This document shows positions 1 to 10,096 of a stretch of 64,000 bases of DNA, piece after piece (position 1 is the stretch's first letter; each line of letters opens with the position of its first letter). The stretch comes from a virus (taxonomy: Duplodnaviria; Caudoviricetes). Where the stretch lies: IMG/VR virus record IMGVR_UViG_3300044723_007969. One strand, 5' to 3'. The translations under genes were made by a program, and so were the position numbers. The notes beneath the pieces were generated by a model. It was given only the letters and a program-made list of their open reading frames with translations. It did no database searches and was not told the origin of the DNA.

Positions 1-43
1 TAATTACTAGTATATTATAGCATAATTGGTAAAGCAGTCAACC

Positions 44-523
44 ATGAAAAAGAAGAAAATAAACAAAAGTGTAAATGTCAAGAAACAACTGAAGATCAAG
101 TTGGAAAATACTCTGACTAGACACAGGAACGCAGTCGGCTTTAGACCCACAGAGGCTCAAGCATACAATTGGTTTAGGTATCTAAACAAGACACTATTCA
201 ACAGTAGATTACCAATGGTTCCGTTATATATTAGGAATTTGCATAAAGATTGGGGTAGATGTGTGGCCAATTGGGACAATAGAAAAACACCTAAAGGAAA
301 ATTTGATCAGAGAATTATACCTTACCATATCGAAGTTGAGTACTACATCGAACTACATCAAAAATTTCCTAAATGGAAAGATTTTATAGAAACGTTAGCA
401 CACGAAATGGTGCATCTATATCAAATGACATGGATCAAAGATCCTTATTCAAATCACAATGCAAACTTTTTTGCTTGGAGAGAAAAATTTAAAGCGTGTG
501 GGCTAGGCCTGACTAGGTGTTAG
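44..523 (+). CDS. SprT-like zinc metalloprotease
   Basis: HEMVH (HExxH) motif followed by a downstream H..F (HNANFFAW), with LNKTLF..LP N-terminal pattern. ATG at 44 preferred over the track's TTG at 26. Confidence 0.8.
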   Translation: MKKKKINKSVNVKKQLKIKLENTLTRHRNAVGFRPTEAQAYNWFRYLNKTLFNSRLPMVPLYIRNLHKDWGRCVANWDNRKTPKGKFDQRIIPYHIEVEYYIELHQKFPKWKDFIETLAHEMVHLYQMTWIKDPYSNHNANFFAWREKFKACGLGLTRC

Positions 524-1258
524 TTCTTTTTCAAACTCCGCATAAGTTATAACTCTACTGTTACCTAGGTCCGTTCCTGTCTGTAAGTAATTCATATAAT
601 CAGGAGGATTGTCATGTACCACAGTGTAGTTGACGTAAGGTCTCATCTTCAACATGTCTCTGAATTGTTTTAGCCACCCTTCGAAAATTTTATCGTCGTG
701 TCGTTTGCCATAACATTCTGTGTCTTGATAAATGTTATTCAGTCGGTCCTTGCCGTACTCTCTGAAGTCGTAGCCCAACAAATAGATGTTCTTGTGCCCA
801 TGCACACCAGCCGTCCAGAATGCCGCATTACCTGATATCCAGTGCGGGTTATTAGGAATGAGATGTAGCATACCTTTGTTCTGTTTCCTATTGACTTCTA
901 GAGATGGCGCATAGTGTATTGTTTTCAGGCCCACTTCGTCCTCACACATTTTCACTGACATCTTGGTGTCTACGGAGAAAATGAAGTCAGGCATAAAGTC
1001 TCTGTACAACGCATTACATCCATATGTCTGCCCTGTTGCCTTTAGTTTGTTTAGGTCGAATCCTTTACGTGAAGGACCGTTGCCTATACAGTATGCATTG
1101 CCTCTAGGTACTGCTTTGACCTTGTCTTCGAAGAATCCTGTTTCCTGTATACGTTCTCCTTTGCGTATTATTGTGTTTAAGATAATAGTTTCACCTGCGT
1201 ATGGTGTCCATTCTATGGGTGCGATTTCAGGTTTTCTAGGTAATGTTATAGTTTTCAT
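503..1258 (-). CDS. Maf/DUF115 (CstII-like) putative glycosyltransferase
   Basis: CIGNGPS...YGCNALYRDFMPDFIFSVD...SGNAA...IYLLGYDF motif series. Confidence 0.65.
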   Translation of the reverse strand: MKTITLPRKPEIAPIEWTPYAGETIILNTIIRKGERIQETGFFEDKVKAVPRGNAYCIGNGPSRKGFDLNKLKATGQTYGCNALYRDFMPDFIFSVDTKMSVKMCEDEVGLKTIHYAPSLEVNRKQNKGMLHLIPNNPHWISGNAAFWTAGVHGHKNIYLLGYDFREYGKDRLNNIYQDTECYGKRHDDKIFEGWLKQFRDMLKMRPYVNYTVVHDNPPDYMNYLQTGTDLGNSRVITYAEFEKELTPSQA

Positions 1259-2127
1259 TTAAGATATTTCTCTTCTAATCTTTTCCTAATTCTAGCCCAT
1301 GGCAGGCCCGCTTCTATCTCGTCTTTGAACCACTCTGTATAACTCAACCAGTTTGCCCAGTTCAATCTGCTAGGCATGGCTGGTGTGTTTATGTCTGCCA
1401 GTTCGATATTGCCCACGTCATGGCACAGACTCGATTCGGAAACAAAAACAGGTATGCCTCTGATGACGGCCTCCATCGCAGGGTTAGAACTGTGATTAAC
1501 AACGGCCCATGTACGTTCTAAAGTTATCTTGAAGTCAGTGTCGTCGTATGTCCTGAAATCTCTTTTAGGCAGTCGAACTTTTACATTTTCAAAATCATTT
1601 TCTTTGAACTGTATTGTGTTCCTCGGATGCGGTCTCACCAATATTGGCCTTGTGGTGTACTTTCTGATTTCCTCTATTTGTTGGATTATCCATTTTTCCA
1701 TTCTAGGAAGTCCCTTCCATTGTTCTGACGCATCGTGTTGTCCACATATGACAATCATGTCTCCTGTTGGATTCCAATGTTTTAGTGTGTGTTTGAAAAG
1801 TGGCCAACGTTTATCGTCGAACTGTTGGTTGGCAAAGTCTGCATCTCTGTTGATTCCGTTTATCCCTATTTTAAAACTTTCGTTCCTTCTAAGTCCTCCC
1901 ACTTCTAATACTATCACCGGCTTACCTCTACTCCTGTAGTCGTTCCATATTCTCTTGTATTGTTCCATTCTGCCACGCCAAAGCACACTCCATATCACTG
2001 CCACGTCGGCATTGGCCGATTTATTTAGATATACAGTATCGCCTGCATCCTTGAGACTTTTTACAAAAGCGTCAAATATAGGCTTTGAATTTTGTGGTCC
2101 ATGGTCTGTCCATACTTCTAATCTCAT
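1255..2127 (-). CDS. Capsule_synth/KpsS-like GT-B glycosyltransferase (paralog 1)
   Basis: VRPHP and NHSSNPAMEAVIRGIPVF motifs. Confidence 0.65.
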   Translation of the reverse strand: MRLEVWTDHGPQNSKPIFDAFVKSLKDAGDTVYLNKSANADVAVIWSVLWRGRMEQYKRIWNDYRSRGKPVIVLEVGGLRRNESFKIGINGINRDADFANQQFDDKRWPLFKHTLKHWNPTGDMIVICGQHDASEQWKGLPRMEKWIIQQIEEIRKYTTRPILVRPHPRNTIQFKENDFENVKVRLPKRDFRTYDDTDFKITLERTWAVVNHSSNPAMEAVIRGIPVFVSESSLCHDVGNIELADINTPAMPSRLNWANWLSYTEWFKDEIEAGLPWARIRKRLEEKYLK

Positions 2128-3047
2128 CAGTTTCCTTGTTTTCCTTTGGCCACTTTACTTACTATGTCATCTGCCTGTTTAGGATCAAATTTTATACCAC
2201 CAAAGGGATCATAGGCTTCTACATTTTGCCAGTAAGACTCGTTCCTGTCGCCACGTAAATCGCTTTTACTACTTTTACCTTTGACTTTTCTTTTACCCTT
2301 CATGTGATCGATATACGCACCTAACACACTGTTAATGAACACGTGATGCCCTTTGGCGCCTGCACCTTTTCCTATATCTTCCCCTTCGTCAGGAGCAATA
2401 CGTTTTACACATTGCCAGAACAGATAACTGTCGTGCCATTCTAGTTCTTGAAATATTGTATCGTTGATATACATCTCTGTCCAGTATTTCATAAATTGAT
2501 CTACCTTAGGATGTTTTGTGTTGTAGCATACCCATCCGCACTCCGGGTACTTTTCTCCACGTCCTAAAAAGTTAACTAGTTTTGTTTCAGGCAAAAGTCC
2601 TATAACAAAATCTTTTGTGATTGGCCTAAACGTATATGTGTCAGCATCTAGCCACAACACATAATCTGTGTCTGCATTCTTGATTGCATGATCAACAGCA
2701 AAAGTTTTATGAGCAAATCTAATAGCGTCCCAAAGATACGAGCCTTTTCCACGATCATTTTTTCCAGCGTTGGGATCTCTTCTCACACCCCCTGCTATCT
2801 CTGTGATCTCGCCGTTGGCAACAGGATCGTCCTTGTGTCTTTGTTTGAATTTTACTAGTTCAGGATTTACTTCCTCTATATTAATGTATTTTATTTTTTC
2901 GTGATTGAAGTTTGGTTTATCACCTTCGTGATATGCATGGATCATTACGTCTCCCGGCCAAAAATCAATATGACTTTGTAACATTCTTTTAGCATACGCA
3001 TTCCATCTATTAGGAGGGAACGTAGTAATGACTGTTAATGTTTTCAT
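2127..3047 (-). CDS. GT-A fold glycosyltransferase
   Basis: AIRFAHKTFA...LWLDADT (DxD) and WHDSYLF motifs; lies in the glycan cluster. Confidence 0.7.
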   Translation of the reverse strand: MKTLTVITTFPPNRWNAYAKRMLQSHIDFWPGDVMIHAYHEGDKPNFNHEKIKYINIEEVNPELVKFKQRHKDDPVANGEITEIAGGVRRDPNAGKNDRGKGSYLWDAIRFAHKTFAVDHAIKNADTDYVLWLDADTYTFRPITKDFVIGLLPETKLVNFLGRGEKYPECGWVCYNTKHPKVDQFMKYWTEMYINDTIFQELEWHDSYLFWQCVKRIAPDEGEDIGKGAGAKGHHVFINSVLGAYIDHMKGKRKVKGKSSKSDLRGDRNESYWQNVEAYDPFGGIKFDPKQADDIVSKVAKGKQGN

Positions 3048-4030
3048 TAAAGACCCAGCCTTTGTTTGAATCTTTTATATACTGTACCGTCTTTGATTTC
3101 TTTGATACTCCACATCTTGTAACCAAGATCGTTGGTCCATTGTGTCCTATCGGGATACTCAGGGGTTTCTATATTATTTAGATTTGTATTCGCTACAGGC
3201 CAACAGAGTGCAAGATCTGAGGTAACAAAGGTAGGGATTCCACGAATGCAGGAATCGACACTGGCAGTAGAATTGTGAGTAACAAAAGCATGGCAATTAT
3301 TTAAAGCCTCCTGGAAATGAAATCTATAGTGCTTTTTCTGATCTCCTGCAAAATGTTTCTGTGTGAACTGTATTTCCACGTCGTCAGGCAGTTCGCCACT
3401 ACGTCCATCAATATTTGCCACATTGTTTGGATGTGGTCTCACGATAAATTTTCTATCTGTTATAGGTCTCAGTTTTTCATACACTTTATTGAACCATTCA
3501 ATAGGATCCATTTCGTTCATACTCCAGTTGTCCTTTGGTTGTAGTCCAAATAAAATAGGATCATCCTGATTTGATTTTCTCCATGGCTCGTACCGCACTT
3601 TAAATTTCTTTACCATCATTTCCCAACGATCACTAGGACTGTTATCTGATAAGAAGTCGCCGTCGTTCATAGGAGTGTACAATGACACCCTGAAGTGGTG
3701 ATCGGGAGATGTTGATACGTTTCCAAAACTTGACAGCAGTCCGCCATCAAATGTTATCAACGGAATTTTTTTTGCTCTGCAGTTGTTTGCAAGTTCTCTC
3801 CGTCTTCCTTTTGTGTGGTGCATCTGTTTGTCTCCACCGTAGCCAAACATGGCCGCCATTGGGGCAGTTGGTGTCATTTCGCCTTCCACAGTTGGCCCAG
3901 TCCTATGTTCATTCACTATGACTGCTTCGTCACCCGAGGCCTCTATGCCTTCTTTCAAGTGATACAAGAGATCATAACTATTTCCTCGTTTACGATCTTT
4001 TACCGTCCTTCTAAATATTTCAACCTTCAT
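3047..4030 (-). CDS. Capsule_synth/KpsS-like glycosyltransferase (paralog 2)
   Basis: VRPHP and THNSTASVDSCIRGIPTF motifs. Likely start is ATG 4030 (MKVEIF). Confidence 0.65.
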   Translation of the reverse strand: MKVEIFRRTVKDRKRGNSYDLLYHLKEGIEASGDEAVIVNEHRTGPTVEGEMTPTAPMAAMFGYGGDKQMHHTKGRRRELANNCRAKKIPLITFDGGLLSSFGNVSTSPDHHFRVSLYTPMNDGDFLSDNSPSDRWEMMVKKFKVRYEPWRKSNQDDPILFGLQPKDNWSMNEMDPIEWFNKVYEKLRPITDRKFIVRPHPNNVANIDGRSGELPDDVEIQFTQKHFAGDQKKHYRFHFQEALNNCHAFVTHNSTASVDSCIRGIPTFVTSDLALCWPVANTNLNNIETPEYPDRTQWTNDLGYKMWSIKEIKDGTVYKRFKQRLGL

Positions 4031-4829
4031 TGAGCATTCTCCAGGCAGTTCCATCTGCCATTTCTTTTAGTGTCCAAATATTATATGCTAGACTGCTGAA
4101 TAATGCAATCCTATCGCCGTATTTAGGTGTTTCTATCTTGCTGAAATCCGTCTCAGATATAGGAGCGGCCGCACTGTTGTTGGGATCACAGAACACAGGA
4201 ACACCATTTGTCAGACTGGCAACCATGGTATTGGAATTGTACGTGACCGTTGCATGGTAATCGTTCCAGTTTATTTTGCCTTTGTGTATTGTTTTAGTTT
4301 CAATCTTAACTGTTGCACCGACATGATCTTTACCAACAATTGGATTGTAAGGTTTCTCTCTGATGTCAATTTCTCTATCTGTGTTTTCTTTTAATACTTT
4401 AATAGTTTTGTCTAACCATTCTGTTGCATTGAAAAAATTTGCTATTGCATTTGTTGGAGGCAATACTAGAATCTTTTTCCCTTTATTCCATGGCTTGATA
4501 TCTTCCTTAAAATTTTTCTCATAACGGTCTATAGGCCTTTGTTGTAATATGTTTTGACAGTGCTTGTTTTTTGTTATTCTTAGCCAGTGTGGTGTCACAT
4601 GAGCATTTGTAAAATAGCCGTGATCCATGAAATAGAAATCTCTGTGTTCCTTCTCACACCATTTGTACACCTCCCCTGACCCTGCAAGTATTCCATACAT
4701 GGTTAACTCTTCTTTAGGTAGTTGTTTTAATTGACGGAAATGATATATACTTCCTTGACCAGATCCTCTAACAAAGGCATCTATGTATCGTTGTGTCCTC
4801 GGTTTGGTTGTGTGTATGCCTGACAGCAT
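4020..4829 (-). CDS. Capsule_synth/KpsS-like glycosyltransferase (paralog 3)
   Basis: MDHGYF, IREKP and TYNSNTMVASLTNGVPVF motifs. Confidence 0.6.
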   Translation of the reverse strand: MLSGIHTTKPRTQRYIDAFVRGSGQGSIYHFRQLKQLPKEELTMYGILAGSGEVYKWCEKEHRDFYFMDHGYFTNAHVTPHWLRITKNKHCQNILQQRPIDRYEKNFKEDIKPWNKGKKILVLPPTNAIANFFNATEWLDKTIKVLKENTDREIDIREKPYNPIVGKDHVGATVKIETKTIHKGKINWNDYHATVTYNSNTMVASLTNGVPVFCDPNNSAAAPISETDFSKIETPKYGDRIALFSSLAYNIWTLKEMADGTAWRMLNEG

Positions 4830-5584
4830 TATCTTCTATTTTCCTTTACTTCAAACATTTTACGTTTGGCGGCTCTATTGAACTCAGCAATGATATTAAC
4901 ACTTCTTCTATGTAGTATGGCATCTTGTCTAGCAGATACACTGTGTACACATTTTGTCGAGTTGTTACAAAAGGCAACCAGTGTGTTGGATTTGTATGGT
5001 ACAGTCTTAACTATCTCACCGGCTTTATCGCCCACCGCCCTTCCGCCATTTTTATTAACTTCATGTATGTTTGTATCTGTTTTGTGTATTTGGAACTCAC
5101 CCCCTGTGCTTTGGTCATCTTTGTAAGGCATGTAAAGTAAGGCCGCATAAATTTCTCTAGGGTTGTCTATGTGTGGTGTTCTCGAACTAAAGTCAATAGG
5201 TTTGTGCATGACAGTCTGACAGTCAGTGCCGACCCAATCGTCACCTTTGTCCCACCCCCTCGGACTTAAAGTATTCTCTAAATTCTCTATGTGAGGTACA
5301 AGATTACTAAATGCTTCTTCCATTTCTTTATAGAAAGACGCAGAAGTATGGTATTCAGTAAATTCTTTCCATACATTGGAAACCTTTCCTGGCTTCAACA
5401 TCTCGTCTGCTTTTAGTCTGTGACAAATACCTGAGTCAAACGGTTCAGTTTCTAACAGTTGCTCCTTTGGCCATTCTTTTTCGAGACTATCATAGATGTC
5501 CTGTGGAAGTGCATTCTCGATTACAAAATGCGGATATGGTTCTAAGACCAATGTTGGTTTTTTCTGCAGGACTGAAATTCTCAT
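4829..5584 (-). CDS. 2OG-Fe(II) oxygenase
   Basis: EPYPHFVIENALP N-terminus, HID...H facial triad (PHIDNP, CVHSV) and RRSVN. Confidence 0.8.
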   Translation of the reverse strand: MRISVLQKKPTLVLEPYPHFVIENALPQDIYDSLEKEWPKEQLLETEPFDSGICHRLKADEMLKPGKVSNVWKEFTEYHTSASFYKEMEEAFSNLVPHIENLENTLSPRGWDKGDDWVGTDCQTVMHKPIDFSSRTPHIDNPREIYAALLYMPYKDDQSTGGEFQIHKTDTNIHEVNKNGGRAVGDKAGEIVKTVPYKSNTLVAFCNNSTKCVHSVSARQDAILHRRSVNIIAEFNRAAKRKMFEVKENRR

Positions 5585-6669
5585 TCGAGGTGCTCCATTA
5601 TTTCGGGTATGTTAATTTTAAAGTTGATCATGTCACTGAAACGTTTTATACCTTTTGGTTTAGATCCGTCTTTTGAAGGAATTGGTTCCACCTCTGCCAA
5701 ATATAATTTATGCTGTAGATTTAGATTGTGTGACAACAACGGATATACCTTTTTGTGTATCATGTTTTTATCCTGTATCTCTATGACTTTCGTTCCAGGC
5801 TGACACCACAACAAGTTCACCAACCCTGCACCATGTGCCGCAACAACATGTGATGCCTCTGCAAAGGTCTTCATTTGTTCTCGTATTGACATTTGTTCCA
5901 ATGCAACAGTTTCCCATCCTTTTAATTTTAATAATAACTCATCGGAGTTTACTAATTTCCTACTTTTTGCTCCGGGTCTTAGCACCACTATCTTTCTGTG
6001 TGGCGTTACACCTCTTAGATTTTTGAGACCTTTGAAATGTCGCAACCATGGCGCAAGTGGAGGAACAATCACTCCGTCTTTTGAGTTACTCATACTAGGC
6101 ACGATCAAGTGTTTGAATTTCCACGTGGCACCCTTAGGCATCACAACAATCTTAACATTTGGAAATAATTCTTTACATACCTTTTCAAAGTAAGCACTAT
6201 GGTTGGCCAAAACAAAACAGTATCTTGTGAAATTTGTGGACCATCTTTTTTCTAACAATCTAAATTTAGAAATAACGTCAATCCATATGTGCCATGGATT
6301 GTTTTGACTGTCGTCATCGATCGGCAACCACACGTATGTGTCCTTCTCATGAAAAAACTCAGTGATCGGAGGCATCTCAACAGACATCTCGTCCTTCCAT
6401 TCTTTCCACAGGCCGTGTGTCTTGTGAGGTTTGTGTTTGTTCTTGTGAGTTATTGGCCACACATATTCTGTGATCATTTTATTTTCTCTAGTCATTAGTA
6501 AAGGACAGGTGTTAACCTTACATTCATGAAACTCTGCAACGAATGTTGGTAAACTAGTGAACGTTGGATCTATTGACTCGTGATAACGTACTGTGTAGTT
6601 GTACTCGGGATCTACCATTTCCCACCTATCAAGGAAATACTTCAGGGAGTTTATATTTTTTACTGACAT
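5581..6669 (-). CDS. GT61 (DUF563) glycosyltransferase
   Basis: NPWHIWID, R.LVNSDEL and EQMKTFAEASHVVAAHGAGLVNLLWCQPGTKVIEI motifs. Likely start is ATG 6669. Confidence 0.85.
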   Translation of the reverse strand: MSVKNINSLKYFLDRWEMVDPEYNYTVRYHESIDPTFTSLPTFVAEFHECKVNTCPLLMTRENKMITEYVWPITHKNKHKPHKTHGLWKEWKDEMSVEMPPITEFFHEKDTYVWLPIDDDSQNNPWHIWIDVISKFRLLEKRWSTNFTRYCFVLANHSAYFEKVCKELFPNVKIVVMPKGATWKFKHLIVPSMSNSKDGVIVPPLAPWLRHFKGLKNLRGVTPHRKIVVLRPGAKSRKLVNSDELLLKLKGWETVALEQMSIREQMKTFAEASHVVAAHGAGLVNLLWCQPGTKVIEIQDKNMIHKKVYPLLSHNLNLQHKLYLAEVEPIPSKDGSKPKGIKRFSDMINFKINIPEIMEHLE

Positions 6670-6700
6670 TTTATTAATAATTATGTTATAATACACGATC

Positions 6701-7363
6701 ATGATATTATTTTCAAACGGATGTAGTTTTCTTACACCCAGGCCCAAAGACGGCGTGGACACATTTACCACAAAGATAATCGCTGAAAATTACGGTATGG
6801 ATTTAGTAAATCTGTCAATGGGAGGAAGAGGTAACACCAGGGTAGGATTCTCCACTAAAGTTTGGGTTGAACAAAACAAAGGCAAAGATATTTTTGCTGT
6901 GATAGGTTGGTCCAGTGCTGTCAGAAATGATTACATAACAGATGATGGGTGGAAGAAAGGACGTATACCGGGCACCGATCTTACTTGGCGTACCTGGAAA
7001 ACATTGGATAATGTAAGTTTCATACGAAGTCGTAAAGGATGGGATATAGAAAACAATCTCACTATGAATTTTCTTGATAATGTTTTTGACTTACAGAACT
7101 ACTTCGAGCGTAAGCAAATACCCTATGTGATGTATAACTCTTTACCCAATGACTTTGGTAACGGCACAGAAGACTTTCATGTGATTAGGAACGCAATCAA
7201 CATGGATAGATTTTTCAGTCCAAACATAAGTCATCTTGAATTTGTTTCCGATAAAAAATTGATAGTGAGTCCAAACGATCCTCATCCATCTGCAGAAGGA
7301 CACAATCAATGGGCCGAACAACTTATGGAATTTATAGATGCTAACAATTTACGCACCATTTAA
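6701..7363 (+). CDS. SGNH/GDSL-like hydrolase or acyltransferase
   Basis: NGCSF nucleophile block, NLSMGGRGN and C-terminal DPHPSAEGH (DxH). Confidence 0.65.
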   Translation: MILFSNGCSFLTPRPKDGVDTFTTKIIAENYGMDLVNLSMGGRGNTRVGFSTKVWVEQNKGKDIFAVIGWSSAVRNDYITDDGWKKGRIPGTDLTWRTWKTLDNVSFIRSRKGWDIENNLTMNFLDNVFDLQNYFERKQIPYVMYNSLPNDFGNGTEDFHVIRNAINMDRFFSPNISHLEFVSDKKLIVSPNDPHPSAEGHNQWAEQLMEFIDANNLRTI

Positions 7364-8150
7364 TAATAAGAACAGCAAGGCATATGAAGTGTTTGATGGC
7401 GTACAGAAGTCTTGGCCAGAACAAACTAAACTGTTAAACAATCAAACTGAAATAGAACCAGTAGCGAACAGCATGTTCTGGGGATTTGTTGGCAATAATA
7501 GAGCAATGGTCAAAAAACTCGAAGCACGTAAACATCAGTTTTGGTTCACAGATACTCCATACTTTGGAAGATTTGATAACAATAATCTAAAACCTAACAA
7601 TCATTATTGGCGTATTTGTAAAAATAAAATTCATGCATCGTATATTAAAATGTGTAAGTCTGATAGGTTTGATAAATTTGGAATTAAAATTAAAGCACCC
7701 AATTTCAAAGGCAGTTACGTATTAGTGTGTCCTAGTTCGGCAGGTATACACGAGTATTTAGACAAACCAAACTGGACGAAAGACATTGTAAAACAAATTA
7801 AAAGATACACAGACAGACCGATAAAAATTCGACACAAACCACGTGGCAGAGGAACGTCAGGACCAAGTGAGGCAACAGTTCCCTTATCTGAGGATCTTAA
7901 AGATGCTTGGGTGTGTATAACAAGTTGTTCGATAGCGGCCGTTGAAGCACAGTGCATGGGCATACCTGTAATATGTGATGAAAAAAGTTTTGCCAAAGAA
8001 GTCGGAGGACAAGAACTTTCAAATATTGAAAATCCTTATTTTGTTGGTTGTGAGGATTGGCTTTACAGTCTGGCATATCAACAGTTTACTCCTGAAGAAA
8101 TTGTCAACGGAAAAGCAGTAGAGATATTAATGGACAAAGGTCTGCTATGA
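7338..8150 (+). CDS. Capsule_synth/KpsS-like glycosyltransferase (paralog 4)
   Basis: TDTPYFGR, IRHKP and TSCSIAAVEAQCMGIPV motifs; similar to 4020..4829. Confidence 0.6.
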   Translation: MLTIYAPFNNKNSKAYEVFDGVQKSWPEQTKLLNNQTEIEPVANSMFWGFVGNNRAMVKKLEARKHQFWFTDTPYFGRFDNNNLKPNNHYWRICKNKIHASYIKMCKSDRFDKFGIKIKAPNFKGSYVLVCPSSAGIHEYLDKPNWTKDIVKQIKRYTDRPIKIRHKPRGRGTSGPSEATVPLSEDLKDAWVCITSCSIAAVEAQCMGIPVICDEKSFAKEVGGQELSNIENPYFVGCEDWLYSLAYQQFTPEEIVNGKAVEILMDKGLL

Positions 8151-8788
8151 GTATAGAACAATTATCTAATGGATTATGGGTGCCATCAAACGATGCACAG
8201 ATAGAACAATGGCGTGAAAAAGGACATCCTTACATGCAGGACACCTGTCTAAATAAATTGATAGAGTGGTGTAAGAAGAATGACATGAAATTTAATTGTA
8301 TAGTTGATGTGGGAGCATGGTGCGGCACCTGGACATTGTCTATGCAACAATTTGCAAAAAAGATTCATTGCTACGAACCTAACAACATACACTACGAATG
8401 CCTCCTAAGGAACATAAGTCCATACATTCATATAGAATCACACAATCAAGCAGTAGGCAACGAAGACGGACATATAAAGTTAACAAAAGAAAGTGCTACC
8501 CAGAACACTAGGGTGTTGCTAGAAAAAGGTGATATCTGGATAAACAAACTTGATCATTTAGGATACAAGGATGTAGATTTCATAAAGATAGATGTTGAAG
8601 GATTAGAGATGGAAGTACTTAAGGGTGCGGAAAAAACTCTAGAAAATGTCAAATACTTAATGATAGAATTAAACGGCAACAGTGAGAAATACGGTAGCAG
8701 TAAGAAAGATATAAAGGAACATTTGAAATCCTTGGGATTCAACGTCTTGATCAAATCTTGGCCAGATATAATTTATTACAAAGCATGA
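8147..8788 (+). CDS. FkbM-family methyltransferase
   Basis: VDVGAWCG, YEP and FIKIDVEGLEMEVLKG motifs. Confidence 0.9.
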   Translation: MSIEQLSNGLWVPSNDAQIEQWREKGHPYMQDTCLNKLIEWCKKNDMKFNCIVDVGAWCGTWTLSMQQFAKKIHCYEPNNIHYECLLRNISPYIHIESHNQAVGNEDGHIKLTKESATQNTRVLLEKGDIWINKLDHLGYKDVDFIKIDVEGLEMEVLKGAEKTLENVKYLMIELNGNSEKYGSSKKDIKEHLKSLGFNVLIKSWPDIIYYKA

Positions 8789-9390
8789 TGTACGATTATC
8801 TAAAAAAACTTAAGACAGAAAAAAATTTTATGCCAATGAAAATCCTAGACATAGGTGCTAACATAGGATTCTGGACCAATAGTGTAAAACCAATATGGCC
8901 TGATGCAGAATACACTTGCATAGAAGCAGGACCAAAATATGAAAAACATTTGAAAGAAATTGCCCACAATTATCACATCGCTGTGCTTGGAGATAGTAAT
9001 AGAGAAGTTAAAATGTATCTACGTGAGATAGACAAGGGAAGTAAAAAGAAGATCACTTACACAAAAGGCTCAACAGTGTTTGGCATTTTCAAAGATCACG
9101 AGATCAGACAGATGCAGACTTTGGATCAATTGGTTGGCAAGGATGCACAGTTTGATTTGATAAAACAGGATGTGCAGGGTGCCGAAATTATGATTATGAA
9201 AGGTGCTCCTGAAATATTCGCACGTGCCAAGTACGTTGTTCAAGAAATCAATACACACAAGGACAAACAATTCCCTGACATGCCATCAGAAAGCGAAATG
9301 GACGAATTTATGTTTGAATTAGGATTTGACAACAGTGAAGTCATCGAACAGAAGTCTAACGTTGATCAGATAGATAAGATTTATTTTTAA
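8785..9390 (+). CDS. FkbM-family methyltransferase
   Basis: LDIGANIG and LIKQDVQGAE motifs. Confidence 0.85.
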   Translation: MMYDYLKKLKTEKNFMPMKILDIGANIGFWTNSVKPIWPDAEYTCIEAGPKYEKHLKEIAHNYHIAVLGDSNREVKMYLREIDKGSKKKITYTKGSTVFGIFKDHEIRQMQTLDQLVGKDAQFDLIKQDVQGAEIMIMKGAPEIFARAKYVVQEINTHKDKQFPDMPSESEMDEFMFELGFDNSEVIEQKSNVDQIDKIYF

Positions 9391-9392
9391 TT

Positions 9393-10067
9393 CTATGAAC
9401 TAAAAAGATTTATTAGCTCTTTCTTCCAGTCATCTGCATATTCACAATCTCGATAACCGTCGAACCATGGCCCACCTTCGGTGTAGTGTAATACTTTTGG
9501 TGTGCCGTCTCTAGGCTCCTTATACCAGCCTACCAACCAGTTGTACTCTGCGGGCATTGAACCTATCTCATTGTCTTTCAACCAACTGAACCTGTGCAGG
9601 AACTTCGGTGATTCTTCGTTCAGTAATTCTGGGGTCAACATTTTATTCTTTTCGTGTTCGCAATTCCAAAGCACCATGCTTGACCAGTTCTTCCTAGGAT
9701 ATGATGTCTGTACCTGTCCATCCATTTTTGTTGTCTCTTTTGGAGTGTAGTCGTGTTGTACAACGACAACTGCTTTTGAGTCGTCACAGTATTTCTCAAG
9801 TTCATGGCTTGGTATCTTCCATAGGAAATCACAATCACAGAACACCGCCCATCCTTTGAAGTCATTCATGTAAGGCACGAAGAACCTTGTGAATGTGAAT
9901 TCAGTTGATGCCAACTTGTCCACAGGCCTGGTGTACAGTCCTTGGTCTCGCATCTGTTTTTGTTTGAGGGGGATGACTTCCGCTGACGGATCTCGTCTTT
10001 TTATAGAATGCTCACAGACTTGGTATGCTATGTCTTCTCTGCTGTCGTGCCCTACATATATTTTCAC
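9393..10067 (-). CDS. GT8-like (CDI-like) glycosyltransferase
   Basis: KIYVGHDSRE, STEFTFTRF, FCDCDFL, YPRKNWSS and HYTEGGPW motifs. Probable start is GTG 10067, just downstream of TAAATA. Confidence 0.8.
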   Translation of the reverse strand: MKIYVGHDSREDIAYQVCEHSIKRRDPSAEVIPLKQKQMRDQGLYTRPVDKLASTEFTFTRFFVPYMNDFKGWAVFCDCDFLWKIPSHELEKYCDDSKAVVVVQHDYTPKETTKMDGQVQTSYPRKNWSSMVLWNCEHEKNKMLTPELLNEESPKFLHRFSWLKDNEIGSMPAEYNWLVGWYKEPRDGTPKVLHYTEGGPWFDGYRDCEYADDWKKELINLFSS

Positions 10068-10096
10068 ATCAATATTTAACTTATAAATATTTCCAT